Assembly: GCA_977017575.1 (NCBI GenBank)
Contig: CDRNVI010000143.1
Coordinates: 62,001-126,000, forward strand
DNA: 64,000 nt
Reading direction: 5' to 3'
Origin: Paramoeba atlantica
Taxonomy: Eukaryota; Protista; Discosea
The position numbers were made by a program, and so were the translations under genes. Under the pieces are notes generated by a model. The model made no database searches. It was not told where the DNA came from and was given only the letters and a program-made list of their open reading frames with translations. The number at the start of each line of letters is the position of its first letter. The stretch's first letter is position 1. Below are positions 22,734 to 34,246 of this stretch, one piece after another.

Positions 22734-25236
22734 CAGGTTCCTTCCAGGCCAAAAGACTAATTAGGTTTCTATTTTTGACTCTTTTTTTGAAGCCACTGGT
22801 GGGTGGAGGGAAGATTTTTTTTGATAAACTTTTTAATAAAGATCTTTTAAACAAGAATATCAAGAAATATTTGTTCAAATATTGTTTTTTGAAAAAAAAA
22901 ATTGAGTCACCAAAAAAAAAAAAACATCATTTTTCAAAAGGACTAATTAGTCTTCAGTCATGTGCCTGCTCATATGGTCAGCAAAGCAACCTGAACAAAA
23001 AATGAGTGTTTGATCACAGGAGCAATAGCTTTGAACTTTCTTTGTACAATTTGTCCCATTGCATCTACTCTTCTGGTACTCTTGTCTGGCTTCAGTCCAA
23101 TTACCATTTCACCAAACTCCAGCAAAGTTGGGCTTGATCATCAGATGATGTTCTACACAAGTTGGAAGTGGTATTCGCAGGTTATAGCCTTCATCCAAGG
23201 GATGATTCTGAGAGAGTAGACCTTGGGCAACCTCAAAACGAAATTCTGCAAAGGAGAGCTCTTTGGCTTGGGGGAAAAAGTGCTGAAATATGAGGAAGGC
23301 AGTGACTCCTACAACTACAAGAATGAAAGCAAACTGCCTGTGGACCCATTTTTTGGTCTTCCAGGAACTCTCCAAGGAGAGAGAACCTTGCCTCAGTTGG
23401 TTGTGATCATCCACACAATGCCTGGTTTGATAGTAAAAGTCAAGAGGCTGAGTATATCACAGGGAGAGTCTTTGGCCTTCAAGCTTGTGATTTCATGGGC
23501 AACCAGTGGGAAAAGAAGTTCCCCAGGTATTAATCATTATAGAAGAGTGATGAACATCTTGGAAAGCCTCCACATAGAATTTATAACCTCTCAGAGATCC
23601 TTTCTTCACTTTCACACATAACCAGGTTCCTTCTCCTTGAGGTGTGCAACAATCTCTTCCCCTGGAATTCCTTTGGGCCAATATCGTTTTTTCTTCACAA
23701 CTGAAGTACAATACAATCCCTTCTCAAAGAAGTTGAATACAACCTTCCAACACACAAAAACCACTATCCAAAGCAACTACTCGACCAGTTCCCCAAATTC
23801 CCTCAGTCATTCTAAGCATTAAACCAACAGTTTTCGCTCCAAAACCAGATGGAGGTTGAAACTTAGGCAGGCCCATTTCAGGAGGATGGGACTTTCCTTC
23901 CACAATTTCAAGAAAGAATATCACTCTAGTCTCCCCACAACCAATTGTATGATACTCATTTCCAAAAGGATGAGGTTCCCTCTGAACAAACATCCAACCA
24001 GGAGCCCATTTACAGAACCACACCACCATAGACTCATCCAGACAGACCTGCCAACTTGGAACAAAGATGGTCTTCATCTTTTCGTTAAAAGCAGCAATCA
24101 GGGGTCGAATTTCCCACATATGGTCTGTGTAAGAGGGTTTTGCAGAGAGAGGAGCAAGTTTAAGAGAGGAGACAATCATATCAAACTGATTTCTACTGAT
24201 ATATTTCCCAAGATAAGGCAGTGTACCATGCAAGGAAGATCCAGCTGAATCCTTTGAAATTCGAAAAAAATCCCTTCTTTTATGTCCTGGGTAGAAAGAC
24301 ATAATCTGGCACAAGGCAATAAAATCAAGCATTTCAGCTTCAGTGAAGTTCAAAGAATGGTTAAACTCATTTTTGTTGCTTTCAGCACATCAGTTTTTAG
24401 AAAGGTTAGAGGCAGAACTTGGAGAAAAATATCGAGGGGAGTGGGGACATAAACAGCATCAAAGCGAATTCTTGTACAGGCCTTGAAGTCTTGTGCTCCT
24501 ATCACAGCACGAGCATCAGTTGTTGAGGAAGACCACTCAGAAACACAAAGGAAAGATCATTTTCAACGAGTTCTGCTGCATTGTCTTCCCCTTCCTCCTC
24601 AATATCAGAGCAAGATTCAGTATCTTCATCATCAGTATCAGATGAGCCCAAAACAGGCACAGAGGTTGTTGATGCCTGGGATGAACCAGAACTTGATCCT
24701 CCTGAGCCAGAAGAGGATGATGAAGATGAAGATGGATGAGTTGAAGTCCCACAACCCTCTGAGACATCCGCTTCTCCAACAAACTTCAAATTTTCAGGGA
24801 GAGCCAGAAGGTAATCATTCTGGAAGACAGGAGAATGAAGCAAAACTACCATCTGAGATTTCCTGTCATAGTTCTGAAGTTCCACCCTTTTCACCCTGAG
24901 TGAAGAGAGAGATGCTCCTTGATATTGGTCACCAAAATGTTTCCTTAGAAGATGAGAAGGGCAAAGGTTCACAGCTTTGCAGAACCAAATAGTATCCTCC
25001 TTCAATTCTTCAATTCTTGGAGAAGTTGATCCAGAACTCATTTTTCTCACCACTGTAACTTTTTTCATTCAGACTTTCTGAGAAAGGCATTGTGATGAAA
25101 ATCAAGAAAAAACCTCAAAGAAACACAAAAGAAAGTCAAAAAAAAAAAAAGTTCAAAAATGTGCTTTATTTTGGCCAACAAACAGGAGCCTAATTAGGCC
25201 CAAAAAGACTAATTAGGCCCCCCTGGAAGGAACCCG
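22734..25236 (-). mobile_element. piggyBac-like DNA transposon (~2.5 kb) with 15-bp TIRs
   Basis: Left CAGGTTCCTTCCAGG (22734-22748) and right CCTGGAAGGAACCCG (25222-25236) match at 14/15; subterminal CTAATTAG twice at each end; flanks are AAAT and ATAT. Confidence 0.8.
22975..25068 (-). pseudogene. piggyBac (DDE_Tnp_1_7-type) transposase, frameshifted
   Basis: CLDESM, EPHPFGNEYHT, VALDSGFCV and RHCVDDHNQLRQ (three Asp motifs); C-terminal Cys-rich CNGTNC...CSC...LCSGCFADH; acidic N-terminal region in ORF 24502-25068. Confidence 0.88.
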
Positions 25237-25558
25237 ATATAATATTGTTAACCAAAATAAACCTGATCAAATTGTGCAATATCTTGATGTAATAAATGAG
25301 GAAATATATATATATTTGTTCTCATTCTCACTTCTAATCTAAGAGAAGGAAAGAAAAGATTGAAGAAGAGATAAAAAAAAATGAAAAAATTCACTATGTG
25401 AGAATTGAACCTGTTAGATGAATAGATGGTTCTTGCCCTTCTCCTTATTCTCCTGAGGTTTGAAAAAGAAGTTTTTCAATCCCCCTCCTTTGAAACAAAA
25501 ATAGAAGACATTATTTGAAAAATAACTTTCTTCAAAAGAACAATGAACCCCCAGAATT

Positions 25559-25609
25559 TTCATACTCTCTGGATGCTAATTTGAAAATTTGTACCCAGAG
25601 AGAGTATAA
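25559..25609. repeat. ~50-bp palindromic dispersed mini-element, copy C
   Basis: TTCATACTCTCTGGA-TGCTAATTTGAAAATTTGTA-CCCAGAGAGAGTAT. Confidence 0.75.
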
Positions 25610-27954
25610 GTCTTCTTGCTTGAGGTCATTTGAGTTTTGCTTGTATTGCCACTGAACAAGGAAAGAACCAAAATAGTCACTTCTTCAAAAAAGATCAAAA
25701 GAAATGAGTTCTCTGTTCAAAAAAAAAATGTGAAAAAGGAGGTGAAAAGAAAAGATAAAGAAGATAAAAACTAGTAAGAAAAAGAAAGAAAAAAGAACCT
25801 TGTGTCCTTACCTCTCACAGCTTAATAGATGGTCTCCCTGATCCAGTGTCCCCTCAAGGTAAAATGATTCCCATTTCTCTCAAAGTTCTTGTTTCTCAAA
25901 AGACAAAGGGAATGCCAAATCAAAGAAAGGTCCCAACATTGAACTGGGGTGAGTCATAAAATAATTAAAGAAATAATTGATATTCTCAAGGATCCACCAG
26001 GTCTAATCCTCTTAAATAACATCAAAGAAATAATAGTGTTGTTTGAACAATATCAAAAGAACTATTTAACTTGTTCATATAAAACTCCTTACAATCCATT
26101 CAATTTGTTTTGCCTTTCTCAATCTTGGGTGTTAATCACAAGCACAAAGTGGAGACATTATCATCACAACAAGACACTCCCTCAACAGGTATTCAACAAA
26201 ACCAAATAACCCATAACCCAAATATCCAACCAAGAAACAACCACCTCTAAAAACCACCAACAAATAACAAACAACAAAACAATAAAACAACAATCCCCCC
26301 ACAAACAAGGCACAATACTCCAGGAACAACAAAACACAAAATAAAGAAGAGGGGAAAACCTGGTGTGATAATGAGGAGAAAACAATAGTGGTGACAACAA
26401 CTTGCACAGCAGAAAGTGCTTTTGGTGAGAAGGTGGAAAATCAGAAAGGTGCCAAGTGTATTTTTTCTACCCCATCATGAATTCTCCATTATTGTTTGTG
26501 TTAAAAACCACCCACTTCCACTCCCTTCATTCAAAAGGAAAGTCAATCAAAAAATTCAAAATAAAAAACAAAAGGAAAGGGGAAGGAGGAAAGGGAAAAA
26601 AAGAAAAAGAAGGAAAAGAGGGGGAAAAACAAAAGAGATAAGAAAGGGAGAAAAAGGGGAAAGATAAGAAAGAAACAGGAAGAAAAGAAGAAAAAACCTC
26701 TGATTGAAAGCAGATCAATCAAAGAAAAGAACCCTTTTCAATGTAATTCCACTCTTTTCTGATAAGAATGGAAAATGTGGAACACTTTTGTCTCTGTTCT
26801 AAAATAAAAGATTAAACAAAAGAAAAGGAAGGAAGAAAAAAAAAGAAAGAAAAAAAAAAGAGAAAAAACAAAGAAAAAAGAGAAGAAAAAAAAGAAAGAA
26901 AAAAAACAAGAAAAAAAAAGAAAAAAAAAGAAAAAAAAGAACCTCATTTGGTGGGATCTCAAGTCTCCCTGACTCCCTAACTCCTCAGCTCCTCTCTCTC
27001 TCTCTCTTTCTCTCTCTTACCAAGAATTGAATCATCTTCTGGGACATTCCAATTCTTTGAGGGTCCCAAATCGCTGAAAAATGTCAAAGAAGAAAAAAGA
27101 GTTGTTTGAACAAATCAAAAGGACTTTTTAATTTGTTCATAAAACTCCAAAACATCACCACAAAATCCCTTCAATTGTTCTGTCTTTCTTGTTTTTTGGT
27201 TATATTGTCATCTAACAGAAAAAGAAAAAAGAAAAGAAAGAAAAATTAGTTTTCCAATTAAAAAAAAACAAAGAAAAACAAAGAAAAGAAAAAAAACACA
27301 TCACAAAACACCCAACAAAATAAAGGTTTTTGATCTTAAGAAAAAGAGAACGAAAAAAGAAAGAAAAAGAAAAAGAAAAAAAGAAAAAAATACATTTGAA
27401 CAAGATTCGTGAGTTGAGTGGTCATGTGAATGAATTCTTACTGAAATACCTACAAAGAGAAAAGAAAGAAAGAAGAAAGAAAGAAAAAAGAAAGAAAGAA
27501 GAGGGAAAGAAAGAAAAAAAGAAAGAAGAGGGAAAGAAAAGAAATAAAAAAAAAAAAATATTATGAAAGGGAGAGAGAAGAGAGAGAGAGAGAGAGAGGA
27601 GAGGAGAGGGAGAGAAGAAAAAGAGAAAGAGAGAGAAAAGTGAGAGAGAAAAGAGAGAGAGAAAGAAAGAAAAGAAAAATAATCATCAGAACAGTATAAT
27701 TTATCCAAAAAATAATCAGAAGAAAAAAAAGAAAAAAAAGAAAAGAAAAAGAAAAGAAAAACATTTGAAGAAGATCAGAGGGTCGTGCAAAATTAATTCA
27801 ACAGGCATTGCCCACTGAGATAGTTGTCCGCCAAAAGCCTTTTTTAACAAATAATAGAGAGAAGAGAGAAGAGAGAAGAGAGAGAGAAAGAAAAAGCGGA
27901 AGAGAAAGAGAAAGAGAAGAGGAGAAGAGAGAGAGAGGAGAGAAGAGAGAGAGA

Positions 27955-28030
27955 GGAGAGAAGGAGAGAAGGAGAGAAGGAGAGAAGGAGAGAAGGAGAG
28001 AAGGAGAGAAGGAGAGAAGGAGAGAAGGAG
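27955..28030 (+). repeat. (GGAGAGAA)n microsatellite
   Basis: About nine 8-bp units. Confidence 0.85.
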
Positions 28031-28127
28031 AAAGAGAGAGAAGAATTAAATATGATAAAATTATTAAAAGAATAATAAAAGAAAGAAAAAAAAAAAATAA
28101 TAAAATAATAAAATAATAAAATAATAA

Positions 28128-28158
<31 letters not shown>

Positions 28159-28770
28159 TGAAAATAAAAATAAAAATAAAAATAAAATAAAAATAAAACA
28201 AAATAAAAAAATAAAAAATAAAAAAAAAAAACATGATTTGGACATGAAGATTTTCAATTTCTAATGGAACAGCCCTCTCAAAGTATTGTCAGAAAGATCA
28301 CTAGAAAGAGAAGAGAGAGAAGAGAGAGGGAGAGAAAAGGGGAGAGAGAAAGAGAGAGAAGAATGAAAAAGTTAAAAGAAAAAGAAAAGAAAAAAAAGAA
28401 AAAGAAAAAGAAAAAAGAAAAAAAAAAAAAGAAAAAGAAACAAATAAAACAAGAGAAGAAAGGAGATAGTTGTTTGCCAAAAGCCTTTTTTAACAAATAA
28501 TAGAAAGAGAGAAGAGAAAGAGAGAAGAGAGAAGAGAAAGAGAGAAGAGAGAAGAGAGAGAGAAAGAAAAAGCAGAAGAAAAAGAGAAAGAGAAGAGGAG
28601 AGAAGGAGAGAAGGAGAAAGAGAGAGAAGAAGAAGAAGAGAAGCAAAAAAACAGAGGTTGTGTGTTGCTCACCCTCCTCTCCCATTCTCTCTCCCCCCCC
28701 CCAAGAACCCCCCCCTCTTGCTCTTCTATTTTTTGTTTTCCATTGTGATTGTGGGTATTTGTAATTTTGT

Positions 28771-28820
28771 TTCATACTCTCTGGGTTCAAATTTTCAGAT
28801 TCACATCCAGAGAGTATGAA
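28771..28820. repeat. ~50-bp palindromic dispersed mini-element, copy D (reverse orientation to C)
   Basis: TTCATACTCTCTGGG...TCCAGAGAGTATGAA; its reverse complement closely matches copy C. Confidence 0.78.
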
Positions 28821-29593
28821 AAATATAAATGAAAAAAATAGAAAAATATTGTCCTCCCAGATGAAATCTTCCGATCTCATGAACAAAAAGGAAAGAAAAG
28901 AGAGGAACCAAAAAAAGAATTACCCTCAAGAGAGAAAAGACAAAGGGGGAAAACAGCAGTGAGAAAAAAAGAAAAAAAAAACAAGAAAAAAAAAAGGAAA
29001 AGACAAAAGAAAGAAAAGAAAAAAGGAGAAAAAGGAAACCCAAGAAAAGAAAGAAAAAAAAAGGAAAACTCAAAAACAAAAAACAATAAGGAAAACTCAA
29101 AAAAACAAAAAACAAAAAAAGGAGGCAAAGGAAAAGAAAAGGAGAAGGAGAAAAAAACCTCTCTTCTTGATCAGCCAGAACGCTACCACCATCCCTTTTA
29201 ACCCTCCCCCCTCCCTCCCCCCTCCCTCCCCCCTCTCCCTTTGCATTCCCCCCTTTTACCCCCTCTCCCCCCATCACCACACCCCACCAATGTGTGAACA
29301 GAAAAAGGCAGTTGTTCAAGTCAGTTTGGAAGCTCCCTCAACTGAGGTCACATTGAGTGGAAAAGGGAATGAAAGAAAGGAAAAAAGAGAGGGAGGAGGA
29401 GCTGAAGAGGTCGGAAGAAGAAAACTGAGGAGGGTGAAGAGGAGAGAAGAAGAGGAAGAAAAAACAAAAAAAAAAAAACAACCAATTATCAAGCCAACAA
29501 AGAGCATCTTTTCGCCCTTTCTCTTTCCCGAAAAATTAAGGGATCTAAATCAGCGGCTCAATGCTTTTTTTTTGTTTTGTGAAAAGGAGGAAG

Positions 29594-29968
29594 AGTGAAC
29601 GACCTCCTGACTCCACACCAGACACACAGTCACTCCGACACACAGAGAACAATGGACTCAAGAATGGTCTTCAAGCACTTTTTTTATTCTGAAACTCCCA
29701 AGTGAGTTTCTTTCTCTTTCTCTTCTTCAGCTAATAAGTGAACGACCTCCTGACTCCACACCAGACACACAGTCACTCCGACACACAGAGAACAATGGAC
29801 TCAAGAATGGTCTTCAAGCGCTTTTTTTATTCTGAAACTCCCAAGTGAGTTTCTTTCTCTTTCTCTTCTTCAGCTAATATCTGAACTCTACAAGTTCATA
29901 ATTCTTCTCCTTCTTGAGCTTCATCTTTCACTGAATTCCCCTGGGGCTAAACTAGCACCCTGTGCACA
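29594..29968 (-). repeat. 3' LTR of gypsy copy 1 (375 bp; contains a 143-bp tandem duplication)
   Basis: AGTGAAC units start at 29594 and 29737; ends TGTGCACA at 29968. Confidence 0.95.
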
Positions 29969-29998
29969 TCCCCCCTCAGTGTTTTTGAAACAAAAACA

Positions 29999-32900
29999 CT
30001 ACCCGCGAGCAGACTTAGGGAGATTCTTCTTAATTCTTCTTCCCGTACTCGAAAACCTCTCTGGTTCCTCTTCTTCTGATTCTTCTTCTTTCTCTTCCTC
30101 TTTCTTCTTTCTTGGTTCCTTCTTCTCTTGTTTCTTGTCTTTCTTTTTCCAATAATCTTCGATCACCTTGTACGAGTGGAAGGAACTCACAGCTTCCCAC
30201 GACTCCTCCGCATTTTTCCACTTCACTAAATATTCTTGTCCATCCTCACCCATCCGATCGTCAACCACTTTTAAAATCTCTAGTATTTTCCCTTCTCCTT
30301 CCTCCAAATCTCCTTGGATCTCTTTTAATCTCGCTGCAGGTACTTCATTTTTCAACAAGGCGCATGTTGCATCGATCAAATTGTATCCTTTTGTTGCTTG
30401 ATTGTACCCCACCACTTTGAACGGTCCTTCCCAGCGTTGATCACTCTTCGCACCTCTTACATCTACCATCTTCATAACCTCGGTTCCTGCCTCCCAAATT
30501 TTCTCTTTCTTGGCCTTATTTTTCCTTTCTGAATATTTCCTTCCTGCTTCCTTGTAACGTCCAAAAATGGCTGGATACACCGCATCGATCATCTTCTTAT
30601 TTCGTTCAATTAAATCTTCTTCTGACACTTCTTGTAACTCTATACTCTGATAATCCTCAAACTTGTTCAACTTCCTTGCAAACATCACAGCAAATGGACT
30701 CGACATATGTCTCCCCACAATCCGATCATTTAAGGACATTTGGACCACTGGCAACATTTTCGCCCAATTCTCCTGGTAGCCTTTCAGCAGCTTGAACAAT
30801 AATCGTTTTGTTTCTCCCACATAGCGTTCTGCTGCTCCATTCTGGTTTGGGAAATAAGTCAAAACGGCTCTTGCCACAAACTCAGCTGCCTTGCGGAACT
30901 CTTCTACAACATCATTCAAAAAGGAAGGGTCATTGTCCATTTGCAACACCTTGGGGATTCCAAAGTTAGCGAAAATCTTCAATAGACCCCATGCTACTTG
31001 CACCGCTTCTTTTGACACTAGGGGTCGCAAAAGCACAAACCGCGTAGCCACATCAATCACTAATAGGATTACAGTGAAGCCATCTGAAGATACTTTCAAA
31101 ATAATCAGATCCATTGCAATGTGATCGAACGGAAGTTTCGACAAAACTGGGGTGATGGGGTGAAATCCCACTCTCCCAACATTGTACATCAAACATTCTA
31201 GGCACCCTTTCGCTACTTTGTCGCACAGGGTCCTCAATCCATCCCAATAAAATCCGTCTCTCACCATAGCTTCAAATAGCCCGAGTCCTCCAATATGACT
31301 CTCTTTGTGTTTCACTTTTATCAAGGCCAGTTTGTCTTCTTCTGCAGGTTCCTTCTTTCCTAAAATATCTTTCATCAACTTTTTCATTTTTTTTCCAATC
31401 CCTGTGGAAGGGACCTCATCTACCACCAGCTCATGTGAATCAAAAACACCCTTAACTCCCGCCATATCTCTAACTGGTTCCCCAAAAATCCGAGAGAGAG
31501 AGTCAGGTAACACATGGTTCATTCCCTTGCAATGTATCACATAGAAATCGAAATTCAACAGGAAGTGCAGCCAATCTAAGATCATAAAGTTCTTCGATTG
31601 GTTCAAATACTCCAATGCTTTATGATCCATCTCAATACAAAACCTCCTCCCCAACAGCAGGTGCCTCTGAAAAAACAAATCAGCAATCGTTGGGAGCTGG
31701 TAGTCTGGGGCTTCTGATTTCACATTCACCCCTCTCAGGTCCATACAAAGCCGAATATCATCTTCCTTCTTGCCACCTGAAACCTTGGGAGCTGCTACTA
31801 GAGGGGTGTTCCAGAGATTTCGCACTGAGGACACATCCTCCAGAGGAACTATCCACCCTTTTTCCAACCATTCAGTAACTCTCTGTTGAACTTTGCCACT
31901 TAATCTTTCTGGAATCGGGTACTGTCGCGTAAAAACCGGCTTTGGATTGAGCAATGAAATCGGAAAATGCGAATTCCTGATATTACAACAAGTCCCATCA
32001 GGCAATCTCTGATTCTCTTCAAGAACTTCTTTAATCCCTCCCATTATTTTCTCAACTTCTTTCTCAGGCAGGCGTGTCTCTTCAGATGGCCCACTCCATC
32101 CCTCTTTGTCCGCTAAGTTAGTCTCATGGAACAACTTCTTCCTTTCTGGGAACACTGGTGGGATTCCTTCGATTTCAACACCAAGTTTCGCTCCATCCGC
32201 CGCACTCAAAAGTACTCGATCTTTCCCTAAACCAGGTAAAGTCCAAATCAAAATCTCAGCTTGGCCTTGGATTGTCGAAACTTTGACTTTCTTTGCTGTG
32301 TCTGTTTCTTGAACACGTCCAGAAATTCGTCGGACTTGAAAATTTCTCTTCACTAAATCTCCTTCTAAATGGTCAAAAACAGAAGGGTCAGCGAGTGTTG
32401 CACTTGCTCCTGAGTCAAAGATCGCCCACACTTCCACATCATTCCTCCCAAGAGAGATTGGAATCTTGGGGAGCCCATCTGTATCTTCTTCCGCCCCCAA
32501 ACCAAAAAATCCTTCTTCAGTTAAAGCTAAATAAGCTTCCTCATCCTCAAAATCAGATGTTGAAACATCATTTCCAGGAACCCCCAGGTTTGATTCCTCT
32601 TCGGCAAGTCCAGCCAACCTCGGTTCGGCTTTCTTTTTTGGACACTCATTTGCATAGTGACCCTTTTCCCGACAAGAGAAACATCTTATCTTGGCCAAAT
32701 CGCGTCCTCTCCTCTCTTGAGGCTCATCTCTGCGCAATTGCTGCCATGGACCTTTACCTTCTGCTCCACCCCCTCGAGCCCAACACTCTTTCTCAAGATG
32801 GCCAGGTTTCCCACAATTCCGGCAGTTTGTTGGTCTCCTTGGCTCTACAGGACCAGGGGCACGAAAATGGTTAAGCAGGGCTGAACCCTCCCTTGCAGCT

Positions 32901-33835
32901 CCAATATCAATCAGATTGGTTACCGAGATTCGTGGCTCAAAAAGGTAGTCACTTCCACACAATAATTCCCAGAAGGGCTGATAACCTGGGAGAACTGCTT
33001 TTTCCAAAAGCTCCTTCGCCTCTCGAGAACGAGGATCTGTCCCTGAAGCTGCTACCAGCAGATTAAACTGATACCCAAACGCGTCGAGTCTCTCACTTGG
33101 CTTTTGCTGGAGACTTTTCAAAGCTTTCAAAATCACCAACTTCCACCTTGGACCTAGCAACTTTACTGGAACCAACGCGAGCAATTCACGGAATGGACGG
33201 TTTTCTCTCATCTTTAGAAACCCACTGATCAAACTGGGTGTGGCTTCGAACAGATATCTCTTTCGATCAGGCTCTGGGACACATCGGTTCTCCATACAGG
33301 AATGGAAGCGAAAAACAAAATCGAGCAACTGGAAAATCGTGACTTTTTCTTGCAGTTTCGGCAAATCTTGGATTTGGGGCAGTCTTTTCTTGTCTTTTGG
33401 CTTTTGTTGTTTCTCTACCCCAATTACATCATAAGCCATCAAAGTACTTCTCAAGCTCATCAACCTCCGGTTGACTAGTTCAACCCTCGCCCTTTCCGCG
33501 GCTGACAAACTATCTTTCAACAAAAGAGCCGTATTCTCTTTTCGTAGAACTCGATATTTCTCTCGAAGGGCCTCAGCCTCCTCAAAATCTTCCTCTTTCT
33601 CTACAGATTTGGAGGACTTCTGTACCGTCGAACTCGTACCCAGCGAACTCGATAAACTTGATTGCTCTGGTTCCGAACCAATCGAAACCAATCCTTGATT
33701 CGAACACATCGAACTCGATCCTCGATTCGAACACATCGAATGTCTTTTCATGGATCCAAGCTCCGTACAAAACGAAACTTCTTCATCAAAAATTGACGAC
33801 ACATCGTCAAGCGAATCGAATAATTCAAATGACAT
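29999..33835 (-). CDS. Gag-protease-(truncated RT/RNase H)-integrase-chromodomain polyprotein, 1278 aa, open
   Basis: Two CCHC knuckles, protease IFDSGA, RT N-terminus (WNTPLV...RLCMDLRGVN) fused directly to the RNase H C-terminal half (RHLLLGRRF...DSLSR), integrase HKESH/CLEC and D,D,E (AMDL, MDND, AAERYVGE), chromodomain EYLVKWK...ESWE. No YxDD motif. Confidence 0.93.
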   Translation of the reverse strand: MSFELFDSLDDVSSIFDEEVSFCTELGSMKRHSMCSNRGSSSMCSNQGLVSIGSEPEQSSLSSSLGTSSTVQKSSKSVEKEEDFEEAEALREKYRVLRKENTALLLKDSLSAAERARVELVNRRLMSLRSTLMAYDVIGVEKQQKPKDKKRLPQIQDLPKLQEKVTIFQLLDFVFRFHSCMENRCVPEPDRKRYLFEATPSLISGFLKMRENRPFRELLALVPVKLLGPRWKLVILKALKSLQQKPSERLDAFGYQFNLLVAASGTDPRSREAKELLEKAVLPGYQPFWELLCGSDYLFEPRISVTNLIDIGAAREGSALLNHFRAPGPVEPRRPTNCRNCGKPGHLEKECWARGGGAEGKGPWQQLRRDEPQERRGRDLAKIRCFSCREKGHYANECPKKKAEPRLAGLAEEESNLGVPGNDVSTSDFEDEEAYLALTEEGFFGLGAEEDTDGLPKIPISLGRNDVEVWAIFDSGASATLADPSVFDHLEGDLVKRNFQVRRISGRVQETDTAKKVKVSTIQGQAEILIWTLPGLGKDRVLLSAADGAKLGVEIEGIPPVFPERKKLFHETNLADKEGWSGPSEETRLPEKEVEKIMGGIKEVLEENQRLPDGTCCNIRNSHFPISLLNPKPVFTRQYPIPERLSGKVQQRVTEWLEKGWIVPLEDVSSVRNLWNTPLVAAPKVSGGKKEDDIRLCMDLRGVNVKSEAPDYQLPTIADLFFQRHLLLGRRFCIEMDHKALEYLNQSKNFMILDWLHFLLNFDFYVIHCKGMNHVLPDSLSRIFGEPVRDMAGVKGVFDSHELVVDEVPSTGIGKKMKKLMKDILGKKEPAEEDKLALIKVKHKESHIGGLGLFEAMVRDGFYWDGLRTLCDKVAKGCLECLMYNVGRVGFHPITPVLSKLPFDHIAMDLIILKVSSDGFTVILLVIDVATRFVLLRPLVSKEAVQVAWGLLKIFANFGIPKVLQMDNDPSFLNDVVEEFRKAAEFVARAVLTYFPNQNGAAERYVGETKRLLFKLLKGYQENWAKMLPVVQMSLNDRIVGRHMSSPFAVMFARKLNKFEDYQSIELQEVSEEDLIERNKKMIDAVYPAIFGRYKEAGRKYSERKNKAKKEKIWEAGTEVMKMVDVRGAKSDQRWEGPFKVVGYNQATKGYNLIDATCALLKNEVPAARLKEIQGDLEEGEGKILEILKVVDDRMGEDGQEYLVKWKNAEESWEAVSSFHSYKVIEDYWKKKDKKQEKKEPRKKKEEEKEEESEEEEPERFSSTGRRIKKNLPKSARG

Positions 33836-33871
33836 ACTCGACCAAATAAAAAAGGACTTTCAACCAAAAAA

Positions 33872-34246
33872 AGTGAACGACCTCCTGACTCCACACCAGA
33901 CACACAGTCACTCCGACACACAGAGAACAATGGACTCAAGAATGGTCTTCAAGCGCTTTTTTTATTCTGAAACTCCCAAGTGAGTTTCTTTCTCTTTCTC
34001 TTCTTCAGCTAATAAGTGAACGACCTCCTGACTCCACACCAGACACACAGTCACTCCGACACACAGAGAACAATGGACTCAAGAATGGTCTTCAAGCGCT
34101 TTTTTTATTCTGAAACTCCCAAGTGAGTTTCTTTCTCTTTCTCTTCTTCAGCTAATATCTGAACTCTACAAGTTCATAATTCTTCTCCTTCTTGAGCTTC
34201 ATCTTTCACTGAATTCCCCTGGGGCTAAACTAGCACCCTGTGCACA
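33872..34246 (-). repeat. 5' LTR of gypsy copy 1 (375 bp; same 143-bp duplication)
   Basis: AGTGAAC units start at 33872 and 34015; ends TGTGCACA at 34246. Confidence 0.95.

Larger units (their letters stand above)
29594..34246 (-). mobile_element. Ty3/gypsy chromodomain LTR retrotransposon, copy 1 (RT core deleted)
   Basis: Two 375-bp LTRs; 5-bp TSD GGAAG at 29589-29593 and 34247-34251; PPT next to the 3' LTR; a single gag-PR-(deleted RT)-IN-chromo ORF. Confidence 0.96.

Noticed and set aside
30030-33983. Antisense and alternative-frame ORFs within the gypsy copies
   Set aside because: They are shadows of the main ORF, reproduced in both copies only because the copies are near-identical.
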